DNA from: a virus
Length of the DNA: 64,000 nucleotides
IMG/VR virus record: IMGVR_UViG_3300033146_005439
Span: 47,383 to 111,382 of that record
Reading direction: 5' to 3' (one strand)
Made by a program: the position numbers and the translations under genes. Within the stretch, counting starts at the first letter, position 1. The number at the start of each line of letters is the position of its first letter. Below the pieces are notes generated by a model that searched no databases, was not told where the DNA came from, and worked only from the letters and a program-made list of their open reading frames with translations. This document shows, in pieces, positions 1 to 10,622 of this stretch.

Positions 1-2576
1 ACTGTTGCGGAAAGTCCTTTTGTATAAACAGCGGTATTAAGTGATTCCTGAGAATTATCATTATTAGTAGCTAAAACACTAGTAATTTCTACTAAAGAAC
101 TACTGTATAAACTTTTAGTATAAATCTCTATCTCAAATAATTTTGTACTATAATGTAAATCTGTAAAAAATCTAAAACCTTTACATTCTACAGGTGTAAA
201 TGTATATTCTAAAAAATTCCAATATAATAAATAACTACATAAATATATATCTTGAGCATGTTCTTCATAAGAAGGTAGTTTTTTAATAACAGGATTTCTC
301 CATAAATAAATATCAACATTAGGATCATCACCTTTAAAATAAGTAGTATCATTTACATTAATAGTTTCAAAAGTAGTATCTTTAATATAACTAAAACGTC
401 TATCAGATAAAACAGAACCATTAGTATAATTCAAATCATGCAAATAAGCTAAATAAAAATTTTTAAAATTATTAGATTCCTTAAAATATATAGCGATTTT
501 ATGTATAGGTAATTGTATATCTTTAGGAAAATATAAATCAAAGGCTATAGGATCTTCTTCATAATCAATTAACTTATCAGGACAAACATAAAATTCAGCT
601 ATATCTGGATAAGAGCCCCTCAACCATTCAGCATCACCATTAACATAAAAATAAGCATGTTTACCATAAGTTTCTAAGCCGTCGGTTGAGGTACCTAAAC
701 CTACATTAACATAATCTATACCTAATAATCCTGAATCTAAGAATACTTGACCATCGGATAAAGCGTCTTTACCAAAATACATATTTTTATGCTCAACCCA
801 CTGTGTATATACTCCATCACAAGTTGTCCACCTATGAAAGTGGGTTTCTTCAAATAAATCCACATCAAAACTTAAATCTTTACAAATAGCTACATTATAT
901 TCATAAAAAGAATCTTCTATATTACCTACTACAAAAATATTGGAAATATCCAAAGGCTTATCAAAAAAAATATCTAAAGATAAATCAACTGCTTTATATT
1001 TTGAATGACCATAAAAGGCTAAACCAGATAAACCTGTAGAGTGTACCTCCGTAGGAATAACAGTATCTATTATTTCTCCTTCTGCATAAAAATAAGTAGC
1101 ATCTATGGCTAAGTCACTATTTAAACTAGCTAAAATTGTAACATTATATAAACCTATAACATCTCCTTTACACAGCATAAAATTACAATCTACTTTAATT
1201 AAATTTAAATTTTTAGAATATAATTTATCTTCAGCTAAGTTAGGCGTTATCAATTTAGAATAAACCACCTTATAAGAACCATCATTTCTTGGCCTTAAAA
1301 CTTTTAAAGCTGCACCTTCATAGGCATAACCTGAAAATCTAAATATATGCATACGACCATTAGCTGTGGCTACATGTGTTATATCTACTATAGTTCTACC
1401 AATACTATTAATATTATAAAGTTCAGTTAAATTCTTAAAAGTAGAAACATCAGATAAGGTAGTAAAAGTATTTACAAAGTCTGCTCTTCCTATTTCAACA
1501 CTATAATTATCAGGTTTATGCGTATAAGCGTCTCTAAAAGCATCATTATCGCGTAATTTATTTTTAGTATTAGTATCTAATAAAACGGTAGCCTTATACT
1601 CAAAACCATCAACTATATCTAAACCTTGTTCACTTATACCAATAAAGTTAAAAGCACCGTCATAAAAACCTAATAATTCTGCACATTTGCTATATAATAT
1701 AGTAACTACACTATCCTTACCTAAAGTACCACTTATGATTTTAAAAGTAGAAGATTCTGTATAAATTACTTGAGAATAAGCATAACTACCCACACCTACT
1801 AAAGCCAAAGCATTTTCTATAAGTACTGCTAATTCTTTACCAGAAATATTTGATAAAGTGCCTAGTTCAATTTTTTCAATACCATAATTATCTATATTTA
1901 TATATAAAAAATCAGAATAATCTGTAATTAAATTAAAATAAGCATCCGTAGAAAAACCTTCTATATAACCTTCTTTACCTGCACCTAAACAATTTTTCGT
2001 ATAATTAACATAATAAGAACAATTTCTATTAGTACATAAAGAAACATCATTAGAATCAAAACTAATATGACTAATATAAAAAATATCATATAATTTAACA
2101 TCTAAACCTATATAAAATCTAATGTCCTTAATGTCATCTTGCCAAGTAATTTTTTCTCTCAAGTCTAACATATAATTATGCCAAGTATCTCTACTAGCAT
2201 CTATATTAAATTCAAAAGAGCACTCTTCTGACCAAGTAGTATCTTGTATTCTTTGCCACATAAGTTTAGCTTTAGAAATACCAGGCACTGATCTTTCTAT
2301 ATTTTTATCTTCCCATTTTAATTTAACATTAAATATATAAAAATCAGCAGCTTTAAAAGGAACAACACCATCAGATCTACCTATATAACAAAAGGTATCT
2401 AAAGCAGTGCCAAATAATATAGAATCCCAAACACCATATAAGGCTATATTAGTGTAGATATCCCAACCTTCTACATCACCATTAATACCAAAAGTAGATT
2501 GTAATATAGAGTAGGTTTCAAAACGACAACCCACACTATTACACATATTACGTGACTGTTTTAAAAAATTATACAT
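1..2576 (-). CDS. Large virion/tail-tip protein with putative carbohydrate-binding (galactose-binding/discoidin-like) domains; 3'-truncated by window edge
   Basis: Not in the ORF track. ATG at 2576 overlaps the stop of the 136-aa ORF (ATGTATAA). Reads MYNFLKQSRNMCNSVGCRFETY...; the same frame is open at the window edge (...DNSQESLNTAVYTKGLSAT). Motifs WHNYMLDLREKITWQDDIKDIRF and FTPVECKGFRF...FEIEIY resemble CBM/discoidin folds. The middle was not translated codon by codon. Confidence 0.7.
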   Translation of the reverse strand, partial: MYNFLKQSRNMCNSVGCRFETYSILQSTFGINGDVEGWDIYTNIALYGVWDSILFGTALDTFCYIGRSDGVVPFKAADFYIFNVKLKWEDKNIERSVPGISKAKLMWQRIQDTTWSEECSFEFNIDASRDTWHNYMLDLREKITWQDDIKDIRFYIGLDVKLYDIFYISHISFDSNDVSLCTNRNCSYYVNYTKNCLGAGKEGYIEGFSTDAYFNLITDYSDFLYINIDNYGIEKIELGTLSNISGKELAVLIENALALVGVGSYAYSQVIYTESSTFKIISGTLGKDSVVTILYSKCAELLGFYDGAFNFIGISEQGLDIVDGFEYKATVLLDTNTKNKLRDNDAFRDAYTHKPDNYSVEIGRADFVNTFTTLSDVSTFKNLTELYNINSIGRTIVDITHVATANGRMHIFRFSGYAYEGAALKVLRPRNDGSYKVVYSKLITPNLAEDKLYSKNLNLIKVDCNFMLCKGDVIGLYNVTILASLNSDLAIDATYFYAEGEIIDTVIPTEVHSTGLSGLAFYGHSKYKAVDLSLDIFFDKPLDISNIFVVGNIEDSFYEYNVAICKDLSFDVDLFEETHFHRWTTCDGVYTQWVEHKNMYFGKDALSDGQVFLDSGLLGIDYVNVGLGTSTDGLETYGKHAYFYVNGDAEWLRGSYPDIAEFYVCPDKLIDYEEDPIAFDLYFPKDIQLPIHKIAIYFKESNNFKNFYLAYLHDLNYTNGSVLSDRRFSYIKDTTFETINVNDTTYFKGDDPNVDIYLWRNPVIKKLPSYEEHAQDIYLCSYLLYWNFLEYTFTPVECKGFRFFTDLHYSTKLFEIEIYTKSLYSSSLVEITSVLATNNDNSQESLNTAVYTKGLSAT

Positions 2577-2979
2577 GCTTTTTTCTTAGTCTACATTTAT
2601 CTTTCAAATCTTTATAACAATTACCCTCATTATCTACACCAGAACATACACCACAATAAAATAAATCTGTATCAGCATTAATTTTTATAAATTGCTTATT
2701 ATATTTTACAAAAAAAGCCTTCTTTTTATAATATAAAGCTTGTTCTAATAAGTATAATCTTACCTTATATTCAATGTCTTTTAAGGTATACTCCACAGAT
2801 TTACCGCAAGCATCACATTTATAGTATAAAGTATCTAAATCAACATCCTCTACTTTTAACTTTAATAATTCTTCTTCAGAATAATCTTTTTCTAATTTAA
2901 ATACATAAGAATATCTAGTAGTATCTATATCTAAATCCATAAAACTACCACAATCACAAGGTATCGGTATAAAATTCAT
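2569..2979 (-). CDS. Small zinc-finger-like protein
   Basis: 136 aa with CDC, CDAC, CGVC and a further C..C pair; overlaps both neighbours. Confidence 0.65.
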   Translation of the reverse strand: MNFIPIPCDCGSFMDLDIDTTRYSYVFKLEKDYSEEELLKLKVEDVDLDTLYYKCDACGKSVEYTLKDIEYKVRLYLLEQALYYKKKAFFVKYNKQFIKINADTDLFYCGVCSGVDNEGNCYKDLKDKCRLRKKHV

Positions 2980-5900
2980 TCCTCATCTTCCTCTTCTGTA
3001 GGTTGTTCTTCTTCATACTTATTATGCGCTATATAATAATGATCAGCACCAAAATAATCAGGATCTTTTACTATATATTGATTTTTAAATATATTGTAGT
3101 AACGCGTTAAAATACCAGCTGTATTATAAAATTCTCCAGATTGATTTGCTCTAACATATCTATATTCTATAGTACCTTCACCACAAACTATAGTTTCGTA
3201 AGGAGGAAAAACATACCATTCCCATAAATGACCGCCTGGATAAAATAAAGATTTAGCTTCCACAGGTATAAGAGTACCTGTATCATTATTTCTTAATGTA
3301 AAAGACCATTCAGGCACTCGAGTAACACCTACTCTTTTAAAAAAATTACCTAAAACATCTTTAAGACAAGAATCATATACTATAATACCACTAATAAGTT
3401 GACTAGTTTTATCATAAAGCTCTTTTTGCTTATTTTCAAGTTCTAAATAATCTCCTTCAACTATAACAAACTCATCTTTAATTTCTGATAAACTACGACT
3501 ATAAAACTTACTTATGGTTTTTAATTTATGTTTAGTAACTAAAGCTGCACCACTTATACCATAACGAGTGTCTACTTGTACAAGTGTACTTATTTCTTCT
3601 GGGTGTCTATGTAAAGTTCTATATATATCTGTCCCTTGAACAGGAAAATTTCCACAAGAACCTTTTGATACTTTAAATAAACGTTCATAAGTATTTAATT
3701 TAACATCTACATCCATATAAATACTTTCTCTTAAAGAAAAACCTATTAAATGTATAAATTCTCCTAAATAATTACTTTTATTATTTTCTTCATAATAATT
3801 ATTTAAATTCCTTATATAAATAGGATCTATACTTAAAACAAGTTTTACATAAGAAATGCCATATTTAGCTTCTTCAAAGGTCAATTTATGACGCAATTGA
3901 AAATCTTTAATCGTAAAATCTAAAGTATCTTCGGAAAAAGTTTGCATTATATACTCTTTTTCTACATCTTGACCATTTATACCAAAATACAATCTTATAT
4001 TAGGTATAGCAAACCACTTATCAAAACCCAAAGCATCCGTAAATTTACCGTAATTAAAACTTAAATTCAAATACTCTATTAATTTAGGTAGTTTAAAAGT
4101 AATCAATATAGTTAAAGAAGTTAATAAACTCGCTTGTTTATATAGTAGGTCTAAAGGTATAGAACCTGGTATATCTATTAAATTATCCATAGATGAAAAC
4201 ATAGATTCTGGGTCATCAGTTGGTAAATTTAAATTAACTAAATAATCATCAATAACAAATACTTGTTTAGGTATACCAGTGTCTAATAAGTCTCTCTTTA
4301 TATGTATAGCTAGGCCTCTATTAAAAAAGTATTCTTTTTCTTCACCCATATTATTAAAGTAACCTATGGTACGTCTTTCTTTTCTAGCTAATTCCTCTAA
4401 TTCTTCTGTGGAGTCTTTTGATTCTTTTTTTTCATATAAAACCCTACCTGCTTTATATTCAGCAATATTATTAGGCATAGACAATGTATATACACCATTT
4501 AACCAATCTATACCAGAACATAACTTATAATAATGAATATCTTCTTCTATATTAGTAATATCAGAAAAAACAATACCATCTGGAACATCACTAGGATCTT
4601 CTACTATATTAAAATCAGAGTCATATAATAAAGCAGGCCCTTCATCTAAGTAAAAAGCATAATAATATAATTTTGTTTGCTCTTCCTCATTTTCTAAAAC
4701 ACCTATTCTAAAACTAATAGTATGTAGCCCTTCAGTAGGTACGCGTCGTCCTTCCCTTAATCTATAGTCATAACCATATTCAGGATAATTAATATCTAAA
4801 AAAGGTAAATAATCATAAATTAGTTCATCTAAAGTATCATTTAAAAAAGATTCTTCAAATAATTCTGTACGATCCTGCTCTATAATCACCTCTAAAGATT
4901 TCCACTCCTGTCTCCAAGCATGCATAATTGATTCATGTGGTAAAGCTGCATTAGGACTTGCAACATTTAAAGGTTTATAAGTTACATAACCATTTACTCT
5001 TTTTAAACCTTCTAAAGTTTTCTTATTATATTCTGGAACACTCTGTGGATAAGTTATACCAGCTATAGTATGATGATCATAAAAAACATCATTGTATCTT
5101 AATGACTCTTCTACAAATACCTCATCTAAATTATGGCTATCTACATTTGTACCTAATAAAATGCCTAATTGATTAATATAACTTGATATATTATCTTCAT
5201 TAAAATATTTTTTATATTGATAATCTTCTGCCGCAAAATCTAAACTTGTTAAAGCATAATTTTGTGGAACAGGCATCCATTTATCTCCTAAAAATGAAAA
5301 TATAGTATCACCAATAGTTTGATTATAGTAATAATTAAAATTACCTTCACTTCTAAAAGATATTAATTGGTCTCTATAAGTATCACCAAAAGGTGGCATA
5401 TTTTCACTAGAACATTGTTGCATATTATATAAATTTTCACCTTCTAAATGCGTTACCATACGAGCAGTACCAGAAAACCAAGCATCACTAGTACGTGTAC
5501 CATTTATAAAAGTATAATCACAGGAACAATCATTAAAAGATAAATGTGTAAATAGTACTCTTCCTAAATTATCTTCAGGCCCTAACATGCGCATATCAAA
5601 TCTATTATGTTCCCAATGATCATAACATTTTTTAGGTACCTGTCCTGGCTCAGTTTCATCATCTTCATAATCTTCAGCTGTACATTCCCATAATTCCATA
5701 ACACCTAAGTCACCACCACCTTGTATGGCTAAACTAGTTTGCTCGTATTTAGCAAAATCTTTACAAGAAACATAAGGATACCACATCCAATAATCTATAT
5801 GACAAGAAGGTGGCGGATAATAAGTATGATCACCACAAGGAGGTGCACTACCTTGAATATCCGTTCTATAATATATTTTAGATGCTTGAACTACATTACA

Positions 5901-8351
5901 ATAACCATTAGGTTTTATAATATGCCAATCATATGTAGCTGACCAAAAATATTTAATTTCTACAGAACTACAATAAGGCTGTTTAACCCAACTAACAATA
6001 TCTGTCTTAATTTGTCCTTTAATATAACCAGTTAAAGTACTTTTAAAAGGCACTGATAAAATAATAGGAGCTCTTTCTAAATTAGAAAATATGAATTTAG
6101 TACCTTGCCACTCCACTTCTTGATTAATTTTTTTTACAGCATCTCTATTAGGTTTAGGAGGTTTATTCAAAGGATAAAAAGTTATAAAAGCATCATCTAT
6201 TTCTTCATAAGAAGCATAAGGTTTTGTGTTTAACTGATCTGTATCACTATATTTTTCATATATAATAACTTTTTTTATAAATATATTAGCTTTATATAAA
6301 GTTGTAAAAGAAGCATAATCTTTAGGAGCAATAACTATAGCATTATTTTCCATAGAAGTTAAACCTACATATTTAGTCATGTAATCTATAGTTTTTTCCT
6401 CGCCAAATAAAGTTACACCTACTAAACTTAAACCTTCTAATTCTAAAGGTCTAATTAAACTATGTAATAACTTAAATTCATCTGGTATATTTAATAAGAT
6501 TAAACCACTATTACCTAAAAAATTTAAAGCATTAGTAGCAATACTTATATTTTTATATACAGTTATTTTATACAAATTATAACCTAAAGTATATGACTCT
6601 ACTGAAGGTGTATAAGTAGGTGGTTTTTCATTATGATAACAAGTATCTAAGTACCATCCTATAGGTTGAGCTTGTAAACCATCACCACAAACAGATAAAA
6701 AATTTACTTCTGCTTTTACTGAAAGTGTTTTTAAATGAAATCTTAAATCAAAATAAGGTAAATATGAATATTGATTATGTGAATTATAACAAGTAAAAGA
6801 AGTTTGAGCTAATAAAGCACCACAAAAAAGTTTCGTTATTTTTATACTATCATACTCAAAGTAAGTATCATTATAAGAAATAACTACTATAATATTTTCC
6901 CCAAAACGCGTTTCTACATCTATATCAAAATAAGAAGCCCAAATATCTTTATTTAAATTATTAAATACTTTGTCTGAATAAAAAAAAGTTAATAAAAATA
7001 AAAATTTTTGTAGTTTATTAAAAACATTATCATAATAAAGTCTAGCTTCCTCTGTATCAGGTAAATCTTTTTTTAAAAAAAATAAAGAACTATAATCTAC
7101 TAATTCTGCAGGATAACCTATATCTAGTAAACTTAAATTAATAGCTACTACTTTAGTATTTATCTTAGGATTATCACCTAATAATTTTATATACTTATCT
7201 TTTTCTCTAGATACTTCAAAAATATAATCAAACTCTTGAGAGGAAGAAGTCTTATTATAAAAAGTAGAATAAATAATAGGTAAACAAGGAGACTCTTCTA
7301 ATTCAGTAATTAATGTAGGATAATCTGCAACTATACCATCTGAAGCATTGCCTTTTGTTAATAAAGTACTCTCGTTTTCTAATTTAAAAGTATCAAAATT
7401 AGAAATATATACTCTAAAAGAATCAATTTTAAAATCTACTATTTCATTATTTAAATAAATTACATCTGGCCTATCACCCCCAAAAGTAAAAATCTCAGGA
7501 TTAATAAAATAAGTATAAAAAAAATCAGAAGTCCACCTATTACGTAAAGAATTATATCTTACCTCAAAAATACTATAAGCATTAACTTTTTCCCCAGACT
7601 GTAATTTTATATCAGATAAAGCAGTAAAATCATTATTAGCACAAACAACATAACCATTATAATACTTACACTCCGCTTTAGCGCCGTTACAAGGGTAAAT
7701 AATAAAATCTTCCTCTTCTGAAGTATCTATATTTAAAGTTTTAAATTTTTGAGTATATTCAGAATCTGAATGTGTGCATTTAAATTCTGGAAAAATAATA
7801 GTATAAAAACCACAATCTGTAAGTTGATTTTTATCTAATTTATAAAAATAATCTTCATTTCTCCACCAATAACATCTACCAAAAGATACTCTATTATTTA
7901 ATAAAGCATAATTTATAGGTAGATGATCACAAACACCAGAATAAGTGGTAAAACCTAAAATAGAAGGTGTATAACAAGAACAATTTAAAGATGTACCATC
8001 TGATATAGCATCTGTATCTGGATTATGAAACACACAATGGTCTTTATTATAACTACTAATAATAGAATAATCTATAGTAGTATCACTTATAGTAACTCTA
8101 CAACAATCTCTTATGGCATCTAACTGATATAAACTAGGTAAAATACAACAAGGTTCTACTTTATTTAGACGAGGTTTATATTTAGTACACCTAAACTCAT
8201 TACCTATTAAATTACATCTAGGATAAAAACTAGGTAAATTACCTTGTGTATAATCTACAAAAGTACAAGTAGTATCTTCAAAATTCCAATAAATACAAGT
8301 ACTAGAAGCATAAATATCCCAATACTTACAAGGGACCCCAAAATCTTCCAT
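2976..8351 (-). CDS. Large Cys-rich putative tail-tip/baseplate protein
   Basis: 1791 aa; Cys/Trp/Tyr-rich N-terminal blocks; acidic C-terminus; lies in the tail module. Function inferred from context only. Confidence 0.55.
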   Translation of the reverse strand: MEDFGVPCKYWDIYASSTCIYWNFEDTTCTFVDYTQGNLPSFYPRCNLIGNEFRCTKYKPRLNKVEPCCILPSLYQLDAIRDCCRVTISDTTIDYSIISSYNKDHCVFHNPDTDAISDGTSLNCSCYTPSILGFTTYSGVCDHLPINYALLNNRVSFGRCYWWRNEDYFYKLDKNQLTDCGFYTIIFPEFKCTHSDSEYTQKFKTLNIDTSEEEDFIIYPCNGAKAECKYYNGYVVCANNDFTALSDIKLQSGEKVNAYSIFEVRYNSLRNRWTSDFFYTYFINPEIFTFGGDRPDVIYLNNEIVDFKIDSFRVYISNFDTFKLENESTLLTKGNASDGIVADYPTLITELEESPCLPIIYSTFYNKTSSSQEFDYIFEVSREKDKYIKLLGDNPKINTKVVAINLSLLDIGYPAELVDYSSLFFLKKDLPDTEEARLYYDNVFNKLQKFLFLLTFFYSDKVFNNLNKDIWASYFDIDVETRFGENIIVVISYNDTYFEYDSIKITKLFCGALLAQTSFTCYNSHNQYSYLPYFDLRFHLKTLSVKAEVNFLSVCGDGLQAQPIGWYLDTCYHNEKPPTYTPSVESYTLGYNLYKITVYKNISIATNALNFLGNSGLILLNIPDEFKLLHSLIRPLELEGLSLVGVTLFGEEKTIDYMTKYVGLTSMENNAIVIAPKDYASFTTLYKANIFIKKVIIYEKYSDTDQLNTKPYASYEEIDDAFITFYPLNKPPKPNRDAVKKINQEVEWQGTKFIFSNLERAPIILSVPFKSTLTGYIKGQIKTDIVSWVKQPYCSSVEIKYFWSATYDWHIIKPNGYCNVVQASKIYYRTDIQGSAPPCGDHTYYPPPSCHIDYWMWYPYVSCKDFAKYEQTSLAIQGGGDLGVMELWECTAEDYEDDETEPGQVPKKCYDHWEHNRFDMRMLGPEDNLGRVLFTHLSFNDCSCDYTFINGTRTSDAWFSGTARMVTHLEGENLYNMQQCSSENMPPFGDTYRDQLISFRSEGNFNYYYNQTIGDTIFSFLGDKWMPVPQNYALTSLDFAAEDYQYKKYFNEDNISSYINQLGILLGTNVDSHNLDEVFVEESLRYNDVFYDHHTIAGITYPQSVPEYNKKTLEGLKRVNGYVTYKPLNVASPNAALPHESIMHAWRQEWKSLEVIIEQDRTELFEESFLNDTLDELIYDYLPFLDINYPEYGYDYRLREGRRVPTEGLHTISFRIGVLENEEEQTKLYYYAFYLDEGPALLYDSDFNIVEDPSDVPDGIVFSDITNIEEDIHYYKLCSGIDWLNGVYTLSMPNNIAEYKAGRVLYEKKESKDSTEELEELARKERRTIGYFNNMGEEKEYFFNRGLAIHIKRDLLDTGIPKQVFVIDDYLVNLNLPTDDPESMFSSMDNLIDIPGSIPLDLLYKQASLLTSLTILITFKLPKLIEYLNLSFNYGKFTDALGFDKWFAIPNIRLYFGINGQDVEKEYIMQTFSEDTLDFTIKDFQLRHKLTFEEAKYGISYVKLVLSIDPIYIRNLNNYYEENNKSNYLGEFIHLIGFSLRESIYMDVDVKLNTYERLFKVSKGSCGNFPVQGTDIYRTLHRHPEEISTLVQVDTRYGISGAALVTKHKLKTISKFYSRSLSEIKDEFVIVEGDYLELENKQKELYDKTSQLISGIIVYDSCLKDVLGNFFKRVGVTRVPEWSFTLRNNDTGTLIPVEAKSLFYPGGHLWEWYVFPPYETIVCGEGTIEYRYVRANQSGEFYNTAGILTRYYNIFKNQYIVKDPDYFGADHYYIAHNKYEEEQPTEEEDEE

Positions 8352-8362
8352 TAAATAAACCC

Positions 8363-9925
8363 TTAAGAATAATCAAAAAATAATCTATAAATTACTTGAG
8401 AAGCACCTGTTTCTGAAGCACCTAACTTTATACCAAACCATATAGGATCAGAAATTAAAGAGGTATTACCTACTAACTCTGAATCATCTGCATTAGTTAC
8501 TTCACTTAAATTAGCTTTTGTTGCATGTAAATAAGCCGGAGGTATATCAGAATCAATATCTGTTGGTTGTATATTAGGATAAAATTCAATACCATCTTCG
8601 TTACCTGAACCTGCCGGCTGTCCTGGACCAGCAGTACCAAAATGCATTAAGGTATCCATATTACCGGCATCATGATGTAAAAAAGAACCATGACTATGTA
8701 AACCAAAACGAACACTACTTAAAATACAAGCACCACTTAATACTTCAAAGCCCACACATTTAACATCGGATTCTGTAGATACAGTAACATTTCCAAAATT
8801 AATGCTATCTATATCGTAATATTGAGGTAAAGGCCCATGACAAGTAACTTTAAAAGTATCACCCGCCCTCAATTTATCTGAAGAACCATTTGATTTAAAA
8901 GTAATATTAACTCCTCTAGATCCTAAAGACATACTTACACCAGAAGCTGAAGTTAACGCAGCTCCTGCCATATCACCACGTGTAGAAGAATATGCAAAAT
9001 AAGCTTGACCAGGTAAAGCATCTAAATTAGTTCCTTCAGCATAATCAGGTTTATAACAATCAATTGTCCAACTTCCAGTATCAAACACTGCATCAGAAAA
9101 TTTAACCATTAAACCTAAAGTACCTACATTATACCAATAATCCGGGTATAATAACTCTGTAGCTGAAGTTGAGGAATCACTTACAGGAGAAGAACTCCAA
9201 GACATCTTTGGAACATTCCCCGTACCAGCACCCATCGTAGTACCATTAGTAGTATCTATACTCAAAGTATAAGTAGTATCAGCACTTCCATTATATATAC
9301 CACCAGTAGTTAATACACCATCATAATTTATATTAGATACTGGGTCACCTATACCACGTGAATAGCCTGAATTATCATTTGTTATTACAATAGTATAAAT
9401 TTCAGGCAAAAAACCTTTATACACGCCAGATACATCTAAATAACCTTGATAATTATTATTACTAGCAGCACCCCCAACTTCATCACGAGTATCAAAACCC
9501 AAAACTTGATAAGCATTATGATCACCTGAAGTACTTATGGCCACAGATGAAGATAAACCTAAACTACCAGAATATATTTTAAAACTATTACCAATACTTT
9601 TATTATTTTCCCATAAACATAAAGATTTATCCCAAGTGTCATCATTTTTACCTAAACTTCTTAATTTATTAGTAATATCTTGAGCTATCATACGTGGATC
9701 TAAATCTATACCAGAAGTTAAAGTTATGTAAGGTCCTGAAGAACCATCTAATTGTAAATATAATCTATTTGTTGTAGGCCCTATATTAATTGTATCTCCT
9801 ATATTACTAAGAGCTGTAGCTGTTCCTGATGTACCTTTACAGCCTGCACCTCTACCATCACTTATAGTACCACCCAGAGTTACATCATATTGTACCCACC
9901 TTGTTTCAGCTGCACACATACACAC
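8363..9925 (-). CDS. Virion structural protein (beta-rich, G/S/T/D-rich)
   Basis: 520 aa; AGGAGG upstream (true start may be an internal codon a few residues in); shares a domain with the 327-aa protein and the 1-2576 ORF. Confidence 0.6.
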   Translation of the reverse strand: MCMCAAETRWVQYDVTLGGTISDGRGAGCKGTSGTATALSNIGDTINIGPTTNRLYLQLDGSSGPYITLTSGIDLDPRMIAQDITNKLRSLGKNDDTWDKSLCLWENNKSIGNSFKIYSGSLGLSSSVAISTSGDHNAYQVLGFDTRDEVGGAASNNNYQGYLDVSGVYKGFLPEIYTIVITNDNSGYSRGIGDPVSNINYDGVLTTGGIYNGSADTTYTLSIDTTNGTTMGAGTGNVPKMSWSSSPVSDSSTSATELLYPDYWYNVGTLGLMVKFSDAVFDTGSWTIDCYKPDYAEGTNLDALPGQAYFAYSSTRGDMAGAALTSASGVSMSLGSRGVNITFKSNGSSDKLRAGDTFKVTCHGPLPQYYDIDSINFGNVTVSTESDVKCVGFEVLSGACILSSVRFGLHSHGSFLHHDAGNMDTLMHFGTAGPGQPAGSGNEDGIEFYPNIQPTDIDSDIPPAYLHATKANLSEVTNADDSELVGNTSLISDPIWFGIKLGASETGASQVIYRLFFDYS

Positions 9926-9940
9926 AACCTCCTTATAAAA

Positions 9941-10591
9941 TTATTTTTTTTGTTCTATAGTAAAAATATACTTAACTGTAGGCATATAATTATTATTCAT
10001 ATCTCTTACTCCAGAAATAGTTACAGTATAAGTTCTTCCATACATAAAATACATACTTTGAGGTGTTATACTACAAATTAAATCTTTATATGCAGAACCT
10101 GCAGCAGATATTGTAGCTTTTAAATACTTATGTCTAAAATTATAGGTTCTAAATGATGCTGAAAAAAAAGAGGACTCTTTAAAAGTAACATCATTAACCA
10201 TATTAATACCAAAAGTAAGCACGTAATCAGTAGGAAAATATTTAACTTTATTATAAATAACTTTATAACCAAAAGTTAAAATATACTCTTTTTCAATACT
10301 ATCTACACCATTAGTAGCTACTGCTCTAACTACACAAGATTTTTTAGGATAAAACTTATACTTTATATTATATCCTCCTAAAATAGGTGTATATATACCA
10401 GATAAAGTTATAATACCACTTGTAGTAGGTAAAAAACAATGAGTTACCTTAGAATTATCTATATAAAGATATGTTCCTGAACAAGTGACACTATTACTAT
10501 AATCTACAAGATCTACACTTAAAGATAACCCTTTATCAATATTTACTATTTCATCTTTTGCTATATTAAAATTCTTAATTTCTATACTCAT
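9941..10591 (-). CDS. Virion protein with Ig-like C-terminus
   Basis: 216 aa; C-terminal ITPQ...YGRTYTVTISGVRDMNNNYM...YIFTI resembles SbsA/Big_5-type Ig-like strands. Confidence 0.55.
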   Translation of the reverse strand: MSIEIKNFNIAKDEIVNIDKGLSLSVDLVDYSNSVTCSGTYLYIDNSKVTHCFLPTTSGIITLSGIYTPILGGYNIKYKFYPKKSCVVRAVATNGVDSIEKEYILTFGYKVIYNKVKYFPTDYVLTFGINMVNDVTFKESSFFSASFRTYNFRHKYLKATISAAGSAYKDLICSITPQSMYFMYGRTYTVTISGVRDMNNNYMPTVKYIFTIEQKK

Positions 10592-10622
10592 AATATACCT
10601 ACTTATTAAAAGGTTAGATTAA

